Source: Candidatus Zixiibacteriota bacterium
GTDB taxonomy: Bacteria > Zixibacteria > MSB-5A5 > CAIYYT01
NCBI GenBank assembly: GCA_040235515.1
Contig: JBECKX010000077.1
Span: 1-38,721, forward strand
Direction of reading: 5' to 3'
DNA length: 38,721 nucleotides
Shown: positions 8,533-18,528 of the stretch, piece after piece
Position numbering within the stretch: the first letter of the stretch is position 1
How the letters are laid out: every line of letters begins with the position of its first letter
The notes under the pieces: generated by a model
What the model was told of the DNA's origin: nothing
Seen by the model: only the letters and a program-made list of their open reading frames with translations
Databases searched by the model: none
Position numbers and translations under genes: made by a program

Positions 8533-8681
8533 TCTGACACCTCCGGAAATAGAGCAGATTCGGCTCGCGCCGGCTCAAGTATACGCAACCACCCCGTACG
8601 GCACAAGACCGCCGCAGCGCGGAGCCAGTTCGTTAACCCGCGTAGTGTCTGCTTCGCCATCCTTTCCGCGCAAGGATTTGG

Positions 8682-8709
8682 TTGACAGAACCGCATTTCG
8701 CCCTATAAT
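8682..8709 (+). promoter_or_regulatory. Consensus sigma70 promoter upstream of the 1441-aa protein
   Basis: TTGACA-N16-TATAAT, both hexamers perfect. Confidence 0.7.
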
Positions 8710-8808
8710 GATAGATACATGGATAAAATGGGTCGCTGAATATTTACTGCCTCTCTACCGTGCTAGCGGCTTTTCAAGATCATCTACAAATGCTCATATG
8801 GAGTAGCG

Positions 8809-11800
8809 ATGCCAGCCCTCGACCATTATCGCGTTTGCCTCTTGAAGTGCCTCATTTGGGCAACTCTTCTCTGCGGCGTGTCGGACGCAGTTGTAGGTGC
8901 CGAACCTGCTACACAAAACTCGGCTGAACGGTCGTACGGAGATACAGCCCGCCATTGCAGCCTCAAGCCTCCACTAGATATCTTGCTCTCGCTGGATGGG
9001 GAACCGGGTCCTGAGGGCGACACGGTTCAGATAACTCTCTCCGTGACTCCCGCGTTTGATCTCTCCACGGTGCGTTTATGGATGACCGCCACAGGAGGTC
9101 TGACCATTATCGACCCGGCTGAGATGACGTACGATAGCCTTGCGGCGGGAGTCGAACAAACCCTTGAAGCACGCGTAGTATTCTCCTCGGTCGGACGCGC
9201 CACTCTCCGGGGTGCGCTTGGTTATCTGTCTGACGGGGACACCACCGAAAGCTCCGGCTCGCAAACCTTGTATTTCATCGTAGAATCAACCACCACCAGC
9301 TGGTCGGACGGTAGCTTCTACGGCGCGGCTGTCGATAGTCTTCAGTTTCTGCTGGACACGAGTGCCATTGACTCAACAATGTATCTGGAAGGACTCAGGG
9401 AGCTCAGAACAATTGATGCGGAAACCTCATTCGAGAGCGGTGCTGATCCGCGCGGTTCCGACCAATCCTCACCAGCAGACTTTATCGCAGTCTCCGGTAC
9501 AGTCCTCTGGACTGACCGAAACGGAGGCACTCATCCGGTGAGATTCGCGCCGGTGGAGGTGATTGATGAGGATCTTGTGGCTGATGATCTCCTCGCGACC
9601 GTGACAACCAATGAGAATGGCTTCTTTTCTGCAACGGTTGAGTCTCAGGTTGGCGACAATCTTGATCTTTACATTCGTATCCTGGCGCGCTCCGATGGGT
9701 TTTATGTCGCCCCGCCGGGAGAACGAAACAACCCGGTTTCCACCAACGATGTTACCTATGCCGCCCGCAGCGCGGTCAAACCTGATGTCACAGCCAACAC
9801 TGTATTTAACGTGACGATCGGCAATACACGGGCTGCAGGTAATGCGTTTTCCATCGCCGATGCCATTGTGATGGCCAGTCTGTATGTCGAGGATTTGGCC
9901 GGCGCCATGCCATCGCTCATTCCCGTTGAATTCCCAGGTTCCGGAGATGCCTCGTTCTTTTCCCAAACCCCGGACAACCACTTGTACATCCTGCTGGGTG
10001 ATCGTTACGACTGGGATGTGCTGCATCACGAGTATGGACACTATCTGGCATCCAACTACGGAGTCTCAAATAGTCCCGGTGGTGCGCATACCTTCACTGC
10101 CAATCTTGGGGAGGCTCTCGGAAAGGACAACGGTATTCGACTAGCCTGGGGTGAAGGGTGGCCGACCTATTTTGCCCTCTCACTTCAAAATGAGGCCGCT
10201 GAACCAGCTGGTGTTCCGGGAGTCGGGAATTCGACCTATGAAGATACGGAAGACGCCAGCATCACGTATGACCTCGAATCAGATATGGGGGGCAAATCCA
10301 CAGGCGAGGACAACGAGTTGGCCGTTCAGAGGATTCTCTGGGATCTCTACGATGCAAATGACGATAGCGGCGATGAGGTAACTCTGGGGGACGCCGTGAT
10401 CTGGAACGATATCGTTGCCGTGGGCGCAGTCAACCTGTCGGACGCCTGGGGTTCGTTCATATCGGCAGAAAACTATCAGACCAAGACAACCTATGGCAAG
10501 ATCTTCGCCTACCACAAAGTTGCCCCTGAGCCAACCCAGCCTGCTGACAAGCTGCAGGTAGCACCGGGGGATGCTCCACCCACCTTCAAATGGAAAGCAA
10601 ACGGCGCGGGACCCAGCAACAGACTCAATAAATTCCGCGTTCGTTTCATGAATGATGATCTTAACCTGGTGCTTTTCGATTCTCCGGAGCTGAGCACACC
10701 TGAGTACACTCCGACTCAACAGGAGTTTGAAAGCCTCTTTGCCGATCGATCAACCGTCATGTGGTTCGTGGAAGGGTGGAACACCAGTTCGCCTCGGACC
10801 GGCGACTACATCAGCCCCGCCCGCTCGATTAAGTATGGTGTCGATGTCGCATTCATCATCGATGACACCGGGAGCATGGAAGAGGAGATCGTTGGGGTGC
10901 GTCAAGGTCTTCTCAATCACCTGACAACTTACGGGGATGACTCCACGCATATATTCCAGCTCACGACCTTTAAAGATTTCGTCTCAGAACGTAATCCGAC
11001 AAATCTTACAGCAGTTCAGGCGCAGGTGGCGGCGCTTGTCGCGGATGGCGGATTTGATTGCCCGGAGGCCTCTGTAGATGCCATCTTCCAGGTGCAGGAT
11101 GGCATCAAGGATAATTCCGGACGAGTGTTCTTTGCGACAGACGCCGACCCTCATCCCGGCTCGGACTTGAACGGTGCGATCGCTGCGTTACGCTCGCGCG
11201 GTATCAGGGTGGATGTGATGCTCTCCGGCAGTTGTGACGAGAGCATGTCACCGAGCCTCTTGCGAGTATCAGATAACTCTCCGAGCTTCGAGCCAGCCAT
11301 CAGCGCAAGACCGCTCCTGTCGGGTGTTGTCGAATCGAGTCAGCTTGACCTAACTCCCTTACCACTCGGCAATGATGATTTTATCGAAGTGGCATTGCCG
11401 TTTGCCTTCCCATTTCGGGGGGAATTGTACACTTCCCTGTTTGTCTCCGCCAATGGCCATATCACATTCGAAGAAGGAGATGTAGCCGCAGTTGCGGATG
11501 CGGAAGATTTCCAGACCGGACCACCGAGGATTGCCGGACTCTGGACGGCGCTCAATCCGTCGCTCGGTGGGCAGGTTTCCGCCGGTGCGGTGGGTGATGA
11601 GTTTCATGTCGTATATGACAACATCCCGATTTTCTTCGCTTCATTCAGGGCAACATTCACGATAATCCTGAGAGACGACGGCTCATTCTCGATTGTCTAC
11701 ACCAATATCAACCCTCCCCCGATCGAGATGCTCTGTGGCGCCACTCCAGGCTACCTGCAAGATTCAATTACGACAGAGATCGATCTCTCCTCCACCCCGG

Positions 11801-13134
11801 AACCGATAGTCGGCCCTCAGTATGGAACAGCCTTTGAGTTCTTCGAGGATGAGGACTTCGACCTCAACGGTTTGCAGCTCGATTTTGCCCCGGTGACTTA
11901 TATCCCGGTGCCACTACCGGTTCAGTACAGCGCCTACGAGGCCTTCTCACGACTGGCCAGGGAGACCGGAGGAATCTTCGCATTTGTCCCCGAGGTAAAC
12001 GATGGGACACCGGAGTCGGCGCAGCGCTATGAAAACACGGTTTTCAATATCGTACAGGGCGGGTTAACAAACTCAGTCGCGCTGGCACAACCATCCTTCG
12101 GCCCGCAAGGCAGTACCGTAACCGTGCGCCTTACCGGAGTATCGACCAATTTCCGTTCAGGAACCCAGGTTAGCTTCACAGGTGGTGGAATAACGGTGAC
12201 GGAAGTTCACGTTATCAGTCCCGGTGAACTCGATGTGACAATACAGATCGACCCGGGAGCAGCACTCGGATTCCGCGATGTCATCGCCGAGACTGACCTT
12301 GCCGGCGAACTGGAAACTGCGACCGGGGTCGGCGTGTTCCAGGTCATAGCCCCGCTGGTTGATCCTACAATACTCTCTGTTGCTCCCGGTACGGGCAAGA
12401 GTGGTGAGCAATTGAAAGTGAGGGTCTATGGAATGAACACCAGCTTTGACGCCTCTTCGCTCGTGGACTTTGGCAGTGGAATAACGGTGGATAGCGTGGG
12501 GGCAGTGGCGGCTACCATTCTCGACACCTACATCAGCATTGATTCCACTGCGGCAGCAGGTCCGCGCGACGTTACGGTCCAGACCGGGGTTGAGATCGCC
12601 GATGAGCCATTCCCCGGCCCATTCTTTGTCACCACGGCGTCGACGGATGAATCGCAGTTGATTTCGATTTCCCCTCAGTCGGCTTCCCCCGGAATCAGTT
12701 TCACTCTCTTCGTAACCGGCTCAAACACGAATTTCGTGGCTGGTGTTACGCAGGTCAGTTTCAGTGACTCGACGATGGAGGTTGGCGAGGTGGGGGTCAC
12801 CGATCCGGAACACCTCTCGGTCGATCTCCATCTGAATCCGGAATCGACACCCGGCTATGTGGACCTGCACGTCGTTACCGGGTCGGAGTCACTGGCGTTG
12901 CTCGATGCATTCCTGATTCTCGATCTCCCATGCGGCGACGCCGATGGAAGTGGGGAGGTAATCATCGCGGATGCCGTCTACATAATTAACTACCTCTTCG
13001 CCTATGGAAACACACCACTGGATAAGTATGCGGGTGACTTCGATTGCGACGGTCTCTGCACGATCACCGATGCGGTCTACCTCGTGAACTTCATTTTTGC
13101 CGGCGGTCCAATCCCCTGTGCCGCCTGCCCTTAG
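8809..13134 (+). CDS. Large secreted multidomain protein: putative HExxH zinc metallopeptidase + VWA (with NIDO-like insertion) + 3 IPT/TIG-like repeats + dockerin-like domain
   Basis: N-terminal hydrophobic segment; VLHHEYGH and downstream WGEGW; VAFIIDDTGSM, GGFDCPE, FFATDA, LARETGG (VWA); LPFAFPFRG..Y.S.FVSANG.ITF (NIDO-like); three P..G..G..V...G.NT.F repeats; C-terminal CGDADG..IADAVY repeat pair. Confidence 0.8.
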   Translation: MPALDHYRVCLLKCLIWATLLCGVSDAVVGAEPATQNSAERSYGDTARHCSLKPPLDILLSLDGEPGPEGDTVQITLSVTPAFDLSTVRLWMTATGGLTIIDPAEMTYDSLAAGVEQTLEARVVFSSVGRATLRGALGYLSDGDTTESSGSQTLYFIVESTTTSWSDGSFYGAAVDSLQFLLDTSAIDSTMYLEGLRELRTIDAETSFESGADPRGSDQSSPADFIAVSGTVLWTDRNGGTHPVRFAPVEVIDEDLVADDLLATVTTNENGFFSATVESQVGDNLDLYIRILARSDGFYVAPPGERNNPVSTNDVTYAARSAVKPDVTANTVFNVTIGNTRAAGNAFSIADAIVMASLYVEDLAGAMPSLIPVEFPGSGDASFFSQTPDNHLYILLGDRYDWDVLHHEYGHYLASNYGVSNSPGGAHTFTANLGEALGKDNGIRLAWGEGWPTYFALSLQNEAAEPAGVPGVGNSTYEDTEDASITYDLESDMGGKSTGEDNELAVQRILWDLYDANDDSGDEVTLGDAVIWNDIVAVGAVNLSDAWGSFISAENYQTKTTYGKIFAYHKVAPEPTQPADKLQVAPGDAPPTFKWKANGAGPSNRLNKFRVRFMNDDLNLVLFDSPELSTPEYTPTQQEFESLFADRSTVMWFVEGWNTSSPRTGDYISPARSIKYGVDVAFIIDDTGSMEEEIVGVRQGLLNHLTTYGDDSTHIFQLTTFKDFVSERNPTNLTAVQAQVAALVADGGFDCPEASVDAIFQVQDGIKDNSGRVFFATDADPHPGSDLNGAIAALRSRGIRVDVMLSGSCDESMSPSLLRVSDNSPSFEPAISARPLLSGVVESSQLDLTPLPLGNDDFIEVALPFAFPFRGELYTSLFVSANGHITFEEGDVAAVADAEDFQTGPPRIAGLWTALNPSLGGQVSAGAVGDEFHVVYDNIPIFFASFRATFTIILRDDGSFSIVYTNINPPPIEMLCGATPGYLQDSITTEIDLSSTPEPIVGPQYGTAFEFFEDEDFDLNGLQLDFAPVTYIPVPLPVQYSAYEAFSRLARETGGIFAFVPEVNDGTPESAQRYENTVFNIVQGGLTNSVALAQPSFGPQGSTVTVRLTGVSTNFRSGTQVSFTGGGITVTEVHVISPGELDVTIQIDPGAALGFRDVIAETDLAGELETATGVGVFQVIAPLVDPTILSVAPGTGKSGEQLKVRVYGMNTSFDASSLVDFGSGITVDSVGAVAATILDTYISIDSTAAAGPRDVTVQTGVEIADEPFPGPFFVTTASTDESQLISISPQSASPGISFTLFVTGSNTNFVAGVTQVSFSDSTMEVGEVGVTDPEHLSVDLHLNPESTPGYVDLHVVTGSESLALLDAFLILDLPCGDADGSGEVIIADAVYIINYLFAYGNTPLDKYAGDFDCDGLCTITDAVYLVNFIFAGGPIPCAACP

Positions 13135-13476
13135 CAGCTTTGCCGGAGCTGGTCACTCTCAACAGTTTGTCTATCAATAGCATCGACGGATTGTGACCCA
13201 ACGGACAGTTGCACCGGCATCCTCACAAACTCATCCCCCACCAACAATCTTCCCCCACAACGATTTGATAGCTTTGATCTTAGCCTTCACCCGGAATTTT
13301 CGCGCAAAAGCCTTTGTCGTTATGCCACAACATCATAGAATCATTTTCGACGGAAATACGGAAATATCAGCCTCATCGGGCTGTATATGGTAGTATAAGC
13401 GTCAAGAAGAGACAGCGTAGTTAGAATCTTCTACCTGTTCCATTGCGGGGAACGCCAGGCAGAAAGGAAATTTGAC

Positions 13477-14193
13477 TTGTTTAGCGGAGTGTTGATTCAG
13501 GGCGCCCTCTGGGACCTCATCTCTAGAATGTCGCTCGTGGCATGGATCATCTTGCTGGTCCTGGTCGTCATGAGCTTCGGAACCTGGGCTATAGTCATCA
13601 ATAAATGGCGTCTTTTCAAGGCTGCCGAGGCCGACTCGCGCCGCTTTTTTTCGACTTTTCGCCGCAGAACCAACCTGCGCGAGGCTCACAGCAAATGCCT
13701 CAACTACCGTGCAACCCCTCTCGCCGGCGTGTTCGAAGAGGGATTCCGGGAATGGGAGGCGTTCGTAAGCCTCAAGACCGAGGGACGAATGAGTCAGGCT
13801 GGCACAGTCAAGCTCGGACCCGATGAGTTGGAAGCCATCGACCGCATCCTGGAAAAGGAAGCCAACGAACAGCTCAAGCGCTTCGAGAGGAACGTCGCGT
13901 TTCTGGCGACAGCCGCCACTTCCGCGCCCTTCATCGGATTGCTCGGAACCTGCTACGGTATCATGGTAGCGTTCATGAACATCGGTATTCAGGAGTCGGC
14001 ATCGCTTGTCGTTGTGGCGCCCGGTATTGCCGAGGCATTGATCGCGACAATTGTCGGACTGGCGGTGGCGATTCCGTCGGTAATGTCGTACAACTGGGCT
14101 TCCACCAAACTGCGCTTCATGAATGATGACCTTCGCAATTTTTCCCAGGAGTTCTTAGCGGCGGTAACGAGGGAGCAGACCAATGGCACGTAG
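13477..14193 (+). CDS. tolQ: TolQ (MotA/TolQ/ExbB proton channel)
   Basis: FLATAATSAPFIGLLGT, VVAPGIAEALIAT..GL.VAIP; first gene of the tol-pal operon; AAGGA SD and TTG start. Confidence 0.9.
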   Translation: MFSGVLIQGALWDLISRMSLVAWIILLVLVVMSFGTWAIVINKWRLFKAAEADSRRFFSTFRRRTNLREAHSKCLNYRATPLAGVFEEGFREWEAFVSLKTEGRMSQAGTVKLGPDELEAIDRILEKEANEQLKRFERNVAFLATAATSAPFIGLLGTCYGIMVAFMNIGIQESASLVVVAPGIAEALIATIVGLAVAIPSVMSYNWASTKLRFMNDDLRNFSQEFLAAVTREQTNGT

Positions 14194-14614
14194 CTGGCGC
14201 AAACGTGAGTACGGCAGTATGCACGAGATCAATGTCGCCAACCTGGTGGATGTCGTGCTGGTGATCCTGATCGTGTTTATGATCAGCGCACCATTGATGC
14301 AATCTGGTATCGATGTCGACCTGCCGGAGACAACTTTCGCTGCTGATATCGTCTCTGACGGCGTGGTGGTGACTATTGACGATCACAGCGTGATCTATGT
14401 CGATGATCGCACCGCCAACGATCGGTTCGAGGAGGCTGTCAAGGAGGCATATGCCCGTTCTGAGTCAAAGAAAGTTTTCCTGCGCGCAGATCGCACCGTT
14501 TCGCACGGGAGAGTTGTAGAAGTAATGGGGATGATCAAGGCTGCCGGCATACCGGAGGTTGGGCTGGTAACCAAGTTTCCGGAAAATGGGACTAAAAGAA
14601 GCAGCCGGCGTTGA
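14183..14614 (+). CDS. tolR: TolR (ExbD/TolR)
   Basis: EINVANLVDVVLVILIVFMISAP, VDLP, VFLRAD..V.HG.V..VM...K.AG...VGLVT. Confidence 0.9.
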   Translation: MARSWRKREYGSMHEINVANLVDVVLVILIVFMISAPLMQSGIDVDLPETTFAADIVSDGVVVTIDDHSVIYVDDRTANDRFEEAVKEAYARSESKKVFLRADRTVSHGRVVEVMGMIKAAGIPEVGLVTKFPENGTKRSSRR

Positions 14615-14647
14615 AGCGTTTCCGTATTTGCTGCCGGATAAACTGAT

Positions 14648-15481
14648 ATGAGCAATCGTAAAGACGAACGACTGAAGAAGGACCTGCTGATCTCGGTGCT
14701 GGGACACCTGGCGTTGGTATCCTTGCTGGTCATCATCAACCCTGCGGCGGGGATGTTTGGCAAGATGCCAGAACGTCTGGTGATTGGAAGCGTTGATCTG
14801 ACCGGTGGCGGAACTCCCAAAGCGCCGGCGAAGACGGAGTCAGATGTTCCGAAGGAGGAAGCCAAGGCTCTCGTGCCACCTCCGGCGAACAACGACGCGA
14901 TTCCCGACGAGTCTGTCGAGGAACACTTCGAACCTGAAATGTCGGAGAAACTGGCGGATATCATTCCTGAAAAGCCAATAGAGAAGAAACCGGAGAAGCC
15001 GAAGGAATCGCCTAAGAAGGAAAAGAAACCTGACAAGCCGAAAGAGGAGACTACTAAGAAGGTCACCAAGCGCCCTGAAAAGAAACCGGCTGAGGAGCCA
15101 AAGCAGACGGCACCGAAGACGGTGCAACAGGATGGCAAGACCGGAGTCGATGTTGATGCCTCAGTCGCCTCAGGTGAAGGCAACGGCGGTACCGGCAGCT
15201 ATGACCTGCCATACAATATCGGGATGCTGACCAACCGCATCGAGCGCGCCTGGCGCAACCCGGTCAGTTCGGCGGAAACGATCAGTTGCACGATCTACTT
15301 CCAGGTGGGCTCCGACGGCCGCCTGATCGGAGAACCGGTAATCGAACGCTCTTCCGGCATCTCCATTTTCGACCAACAGGCACTGATGGCGATCAAACGT
15401 GCGGGTGCCTTCCCGCCCTTCCCATCAGGCTTTGACTATGAGTTTATTGGACTACACCTGGACTTTGAGTATGTACCATAA
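14648..15481 (+). CDS. tolA: TolA/TonB-like energy transducer
   Basis: N-terminal TM with SxxxH (ISVLGHL), Lys/Glu/Pro-rich linker, C-terminal IERAW...SSG...FDQ.A..AI.RA..FPP; lies between tolR and tolB. Confidence 0.8.
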   Translation: MSNRKDERLKKDLLISVLGHLALVSLLVIINPAAGMFGKMPERLVIGSVDLTGGGTPKAPAKTESDVPKEEAKALVPPPANNDAIPDESVEEHFEPEMSEKLADIIPEKPIEKKPEKPKESPKKEKKPDKPKEETTKKVTKRPEKKPAEEPKQTAPKTVQQDGKTGVDVDASVASGEGNGGTGSYDLPYNIGMLTNRIERAWRNPVSSAETISCTIYFQVGSDGRLIGEPVIERSSGISIFDQQALMAIKRAGAFPPFPSGFDYEFIGLHLDFEYVP

Positions 15482-16838
15482 CCGATTTCTTTTCGCTGCG
15501 CCAAAAGCGGCGATCCTGACCATCGCACTGCTCTTCCTGTTGGCTCTGGGTGGCAATCTCTTTGCCGCCGGTGGCCTTGAACTCCAATTGAAGATCCAGA
15601 CCGGCCAATGGAAACCGTACAAGATTGCGGTTGGCGACTTCAAGGTTGTGGGGGATTATTCCGTGCGAGCCGACTCGCTGGCCAGGGCGGTGCGGCAGGT
15701 GGTGTTCGATGATCTCGACTTCCACATCTTTTTCGAAGTCGTTGAGCGTGACACCTTCTATCTCCGCGTCTACGAAGTCAACGAGCTGACTCCGGCGGTC
15801 TGGCATCGGATGGGTGCGAATTATCTCGTCGACGGTAATGTTGAACTTGACGGCGAAGATATCAAGGTCTACTACAACATCACCGATCTCAATGAGCTGC
15901 CGATTCGCAAGATTGATCTGGCGACCGAGAAGCTGAAGACGAAATCTTACAACTTCCGGCGCATCTCGCACATGATAGGTGACGCCGTGGTGGAACGAAT
16001 TGCCGCGGAGCAAGCATTCTTCACGACCCGAATTGCCTACATCTCGTCGCGAACCGGCCACAAAGAACTCTGGATGTGCGACTACGACGGCTACAATCCG
16101 CGCCGACTGACGAATGACCGGAGCCTGAATCTCTCGCCCGACTGGGATCGCGAGGATGATAAACTCATCTATACCAGCTATAAGAACGGCAAGCCGGAGA
16201 TCTGGCAGGTGGATATCAGTTCCGGGGAATCGAAACCGATCGCGCAGTTTCCCGGTTCGAGCAACGCCGCGCGAATCTCTCCCAACAATCGGGAGATCGT
16301 GGTTTCGCTGACGAAGGATGGCAATTCCGAGCTGTATGTTCTCGATCGTCAGGGCCGAGTGAAGCGCCAGCTGACGAATCTGGCCTCGATCGAAGCCGGT
16401 GCTGCCTGGTCGCCGACCGGCAACGAGATAGCCTTCGCTTCTGACCGCTCCGGACAACCGCAGATTTACATCATGGACTCGGAAGGTTTCAATGTGTCGC
16501 GGTTGACCTACCAGCGCAAATACAACGATTCGCCCGACTTCTGCCCGCGCGGAACGGCGATAGCGTATGTTTCACGCGGTGAGGATGGCCAGTTCCAGAT
16601 CTGCACGATCGACCATACCGGCGACCACTTCCAAATCTTGAATCAAACCGGATCGAACGAAAACCCACGCTGGTCACCCGATGGCTGGCACCTGGTGTTT
16701 GCCAAGCGCAACGGAGATGACTGGGATCTATACATAATGGACATGTTTAAACAGAACCTGCGTCAGATTACCCATGACGGAAAGTCATCAAATCCGGCTT
16801 GGCAACCTTTCCAGGATCGGAATCTGGAGGCCAGATAG
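15471..16838 (+). CDS. tolB: Tol-Pal beta-propeller protein TolB
   Basis: TolB N-domain (KIAVGDF), F.TRIAYIS, DYDGYN, repeated PD40 motifs (LSPDW, WSPTG, PRWSPDG, SNPAW). Start taken at ATG 15471, overlapping the tolA end; exact start uncertain. Confidence 0.92.
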   Translation: MYHNRFLFAAPKAAILTIALLFLLALGGNLFAAGGLELQLKIQTGQWKPYKIAVGDFKVVGDYSVRADSLARAVRQVVFDDLDFHIFFEVVERDTFYLRVYEVNELTPAVWHRMGANYLVDGNVELDGEDIKVYYNITDLNELPIRKIDLATEKLKTKSYNFRRISHMIGDAVVERIAAEQAFFTTRIAYISSRTGHKELWMCDYDGYNPRRLTNDRSLNLSPDWDREDDKLIYTSYKNGKPEIWQVDISSGESKPIAQFPGSSNAARISPNNREIVVSLTKDGNSELYVLDRQGRVKRQLTNLASIEAGAAWSPTGNEIAFASDRSGQPQIYIMDSEGFNVSRLTYQRKYNDSPDFCPRGTAIAYVSRGEDGQFQICTIDHTGDHFQILNQTGSNENPRWSPDGWHLVFAKRNGDDWDLYIMDMFKQNLRQITHDGKSSNPAWQPFQDRNLEAR

Positions 16839-16902
16839 TCGGTCAACCATGCGACCCGGGTCGCCTGAACCGAAAGTTGACCCAAGACTCTATTGGAAGA
16901 TG

Positions 16903-16931
16903 TTGACAAACGTGTTTAACTGTACCATTAT
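16903..16931 (+). promoter_or_regulatory. Internal sigma70-type promoter upstream of pal
   Basis: TTGACA-N17-CATTAT in the tolB-pal gap. Confidence 0.55.
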
Positions 16932-17033
16932 TACTGCCGCACGGGGGCGGGCGAATGCGTGCAGTGACGGCTTTATTGTGCGTGCTAAACAAAGAAATTC
17001 GACGGTGACGATAGTGTCCAGGAGGAGAAACGG

Positions 17034-17555
17034 ATGAAAAGATTCACTTGGTTGTTGCTGTTAGTAGCGGCACTGATGATGGTAGTTGTCGGCTGCGGCA
17101 AGAAGCCGCCGGTTGAGGAACCCACTCAGCCAACAGTCACTGACAACACAAGAAACACTAACACGAACGACGGCAATATGGGGCAGGACGAGACGCCTGT
17201 GGAGCCGGTCGATCATATCGACTTCCAGACGATCTACTTCGACTTCGACAAGTATAACCTCAAGTCGGACGCCAAACAGAGCCTGCAGTACAACTACAAC
17301 CTGATGAAGGAGAACGGTGACCTCAGGGTTTTGATCGAGGGCCACTGCGACGAACGCGGAACTGTCGAGTACAACCTTGCACTCGGTGAGCGCCGCGCAC
17401 GTGCAGCGATGGACTACCTGGTCAACCTCGGCATCAGCCCGTCACGCCTCTCCGTAATCAGCTACGGCAAGGAACGTCCGGCGATGATGGGCCACACTGA
17501 AGCGGCCTGGTCAAAGAACCGCCGCTGTGAGTTCGTAGTAACGGGCGGAATGTAA
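17034..17555 (+). CDS. pal: Peptidoglycan-associated lipoprotein Pal
   Basis: Lipobox VVGC; IYFDFDK, IEGHCDERGTVEYNLALGERRA, ISYGKERP, NRR; AGGAGG SD. Confidence 0.97.
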   Translation: MKRFTWLLLLVAALMMVVVGCGKKPPVEEPTQPTVTDNTRNTNTNDGNMGQDETPVEPVDHIDFQTIYFDFDKYNLKSDAKQSLQYNYNLMKENGDLRVLIEGHCDERGTVEYNLALGERRARAAMDYLVNLGISPSRLSVISYGKERPAMMGHTEAAWSKNRRCEFVVTGGM

Positions 17556-17575
17556 ACTAACTGAAAGTTTTATGC

Positions 17576-17600
17576 GAAGGGCGGCCACAAGCCGCCCTTT
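17576..17600 (+). terminator. GC-rich hairpin after pal (terminator or mRNA stabiliser)
   Basis: GAAGGGCGGC-CACAA-GCCGCCCTTT, a 10-bp stem. Confidence 0.6.
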
Positions 17601-17619
17601 CGATTGTATGATTGGTAGA

Positions 17620-18528
17620 ATGAAGCGCATAAGTAGATATCATATCCCTGTTCTGCTCGCTGTATCGTTGTCGGTAATATCACTGGTAGGGTGTGCGTCG
17701 CGCGGTGAAATCGAGACGATGCAACGTCAGCTCGATTACCTCGAGCGCTCGTCGTCGCAGACGCAGAATCAACTGATGTCGATCGATAGCCTTTTCCGCG
17801 AGACGGTTAACAAGAACGTCACCTATCAAGCCGATCTCAAAGTAGCGCTTCAGGAAGTGCTCGACCAGATGGATATCATCAACAGCCGCCTGACCGATAT
17901 GGAACGGAGGATGAATGATCTCTCCGAGCGTCGCGGGATGACATCGCAACCGATCATCAGCAACCAACCTGCTACGATGGCCAATACGCCGGGTAACAAA
18001 GCCAGCCAGCCCGCAACCAGCGAAAGTCAGGGCTCTGGTAAACCGGTGGACTCAGGCAAACAGCCGGCCACAGGGTCAGCCGGTACCGTGGATGAGCCCG
18101 GCCAACAAATGACGCAGGTGCCACAGAGCAGCCTGCCACAGATCGACAAGCAAAAGATGTTCGACAATGCTTTCGATGACTTGCGCTCCGGCAACTATGA
18201 ACTCGCCAAAATGGGTTTCGAAGAATACATCAAGCAGTTCCCCGATACGCCCATCACCGACGATGCACAGTATTGGCTGGCGGAGTGCTACTACGGCAAC
18301 GGTGAATACGCAAAAGCGATTCCTTACTTCGAAGCAGTCGACAAAAACTACTCCGAGAGCGACAAGCTCCCGCAGGCACTCTACAAACTGGGACGCTCCT
18401 ACGAGCAGACCGATCAGGCAGCGCGCGCAATTCAGGTCTACGAGCGCCTTATCAAGGATTTCCCCAATACCTTCGAAGGAGAACGCGCTGTCGAACGTAT
18501 AGCGGAATTGCGTGATGAGTCTCGTTAA
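17620..18528 (+). CDS. cpoB: Tol-Pal system protein CpoB/YbgF
   Basis: Signal with lipobox LVGC, coiled coil, low-complexity linker, TPRs (F..YIKQFP......DAQYWLAE.YY, K.P.ALYKLG); follows pal. Start set at MKRIS. Confidence 0.9.
   Translation: MKRISRYHIPVLLAVSLSVISLVGCASRGEIETMQRQLDYLERSSSQTQNQLMSIDSLFRETVNKNVTYQADLKVALQEVLDQMDIINSRLTDMERRMNDLSERRGMTSQPIISNQPATMANTPGNKASQPATSESQGSGKPVDSGKQPATGSAGTVDEPGQQMTQVPQSSLPQIDKQKMFDNAFDDLRSGNYELAKMGFEEYIKQFPDTPITDDAQYWLAECYYGNGEYAKAIPYFEAVDKNYSESDKLPQALYKLGRSYEQTDQAARAIQVYERLIKDFPNTFEGERAVERIAELRDESR

Noticed and set aside
13140..13476. Cobalamin or other riboswitch before tolQ
   Set aside because: There is a hairpin near 13428-13464, but no B12-box or other aptamer consensus that I can recognise; the operon is tol-pal rather than a TonB uptake locus.
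13477..15481. ExbB-ExbD-TonB uptake system
   Set aside because: Directly followed by tolB-pal-cpoB, so TolQRA is the better call.
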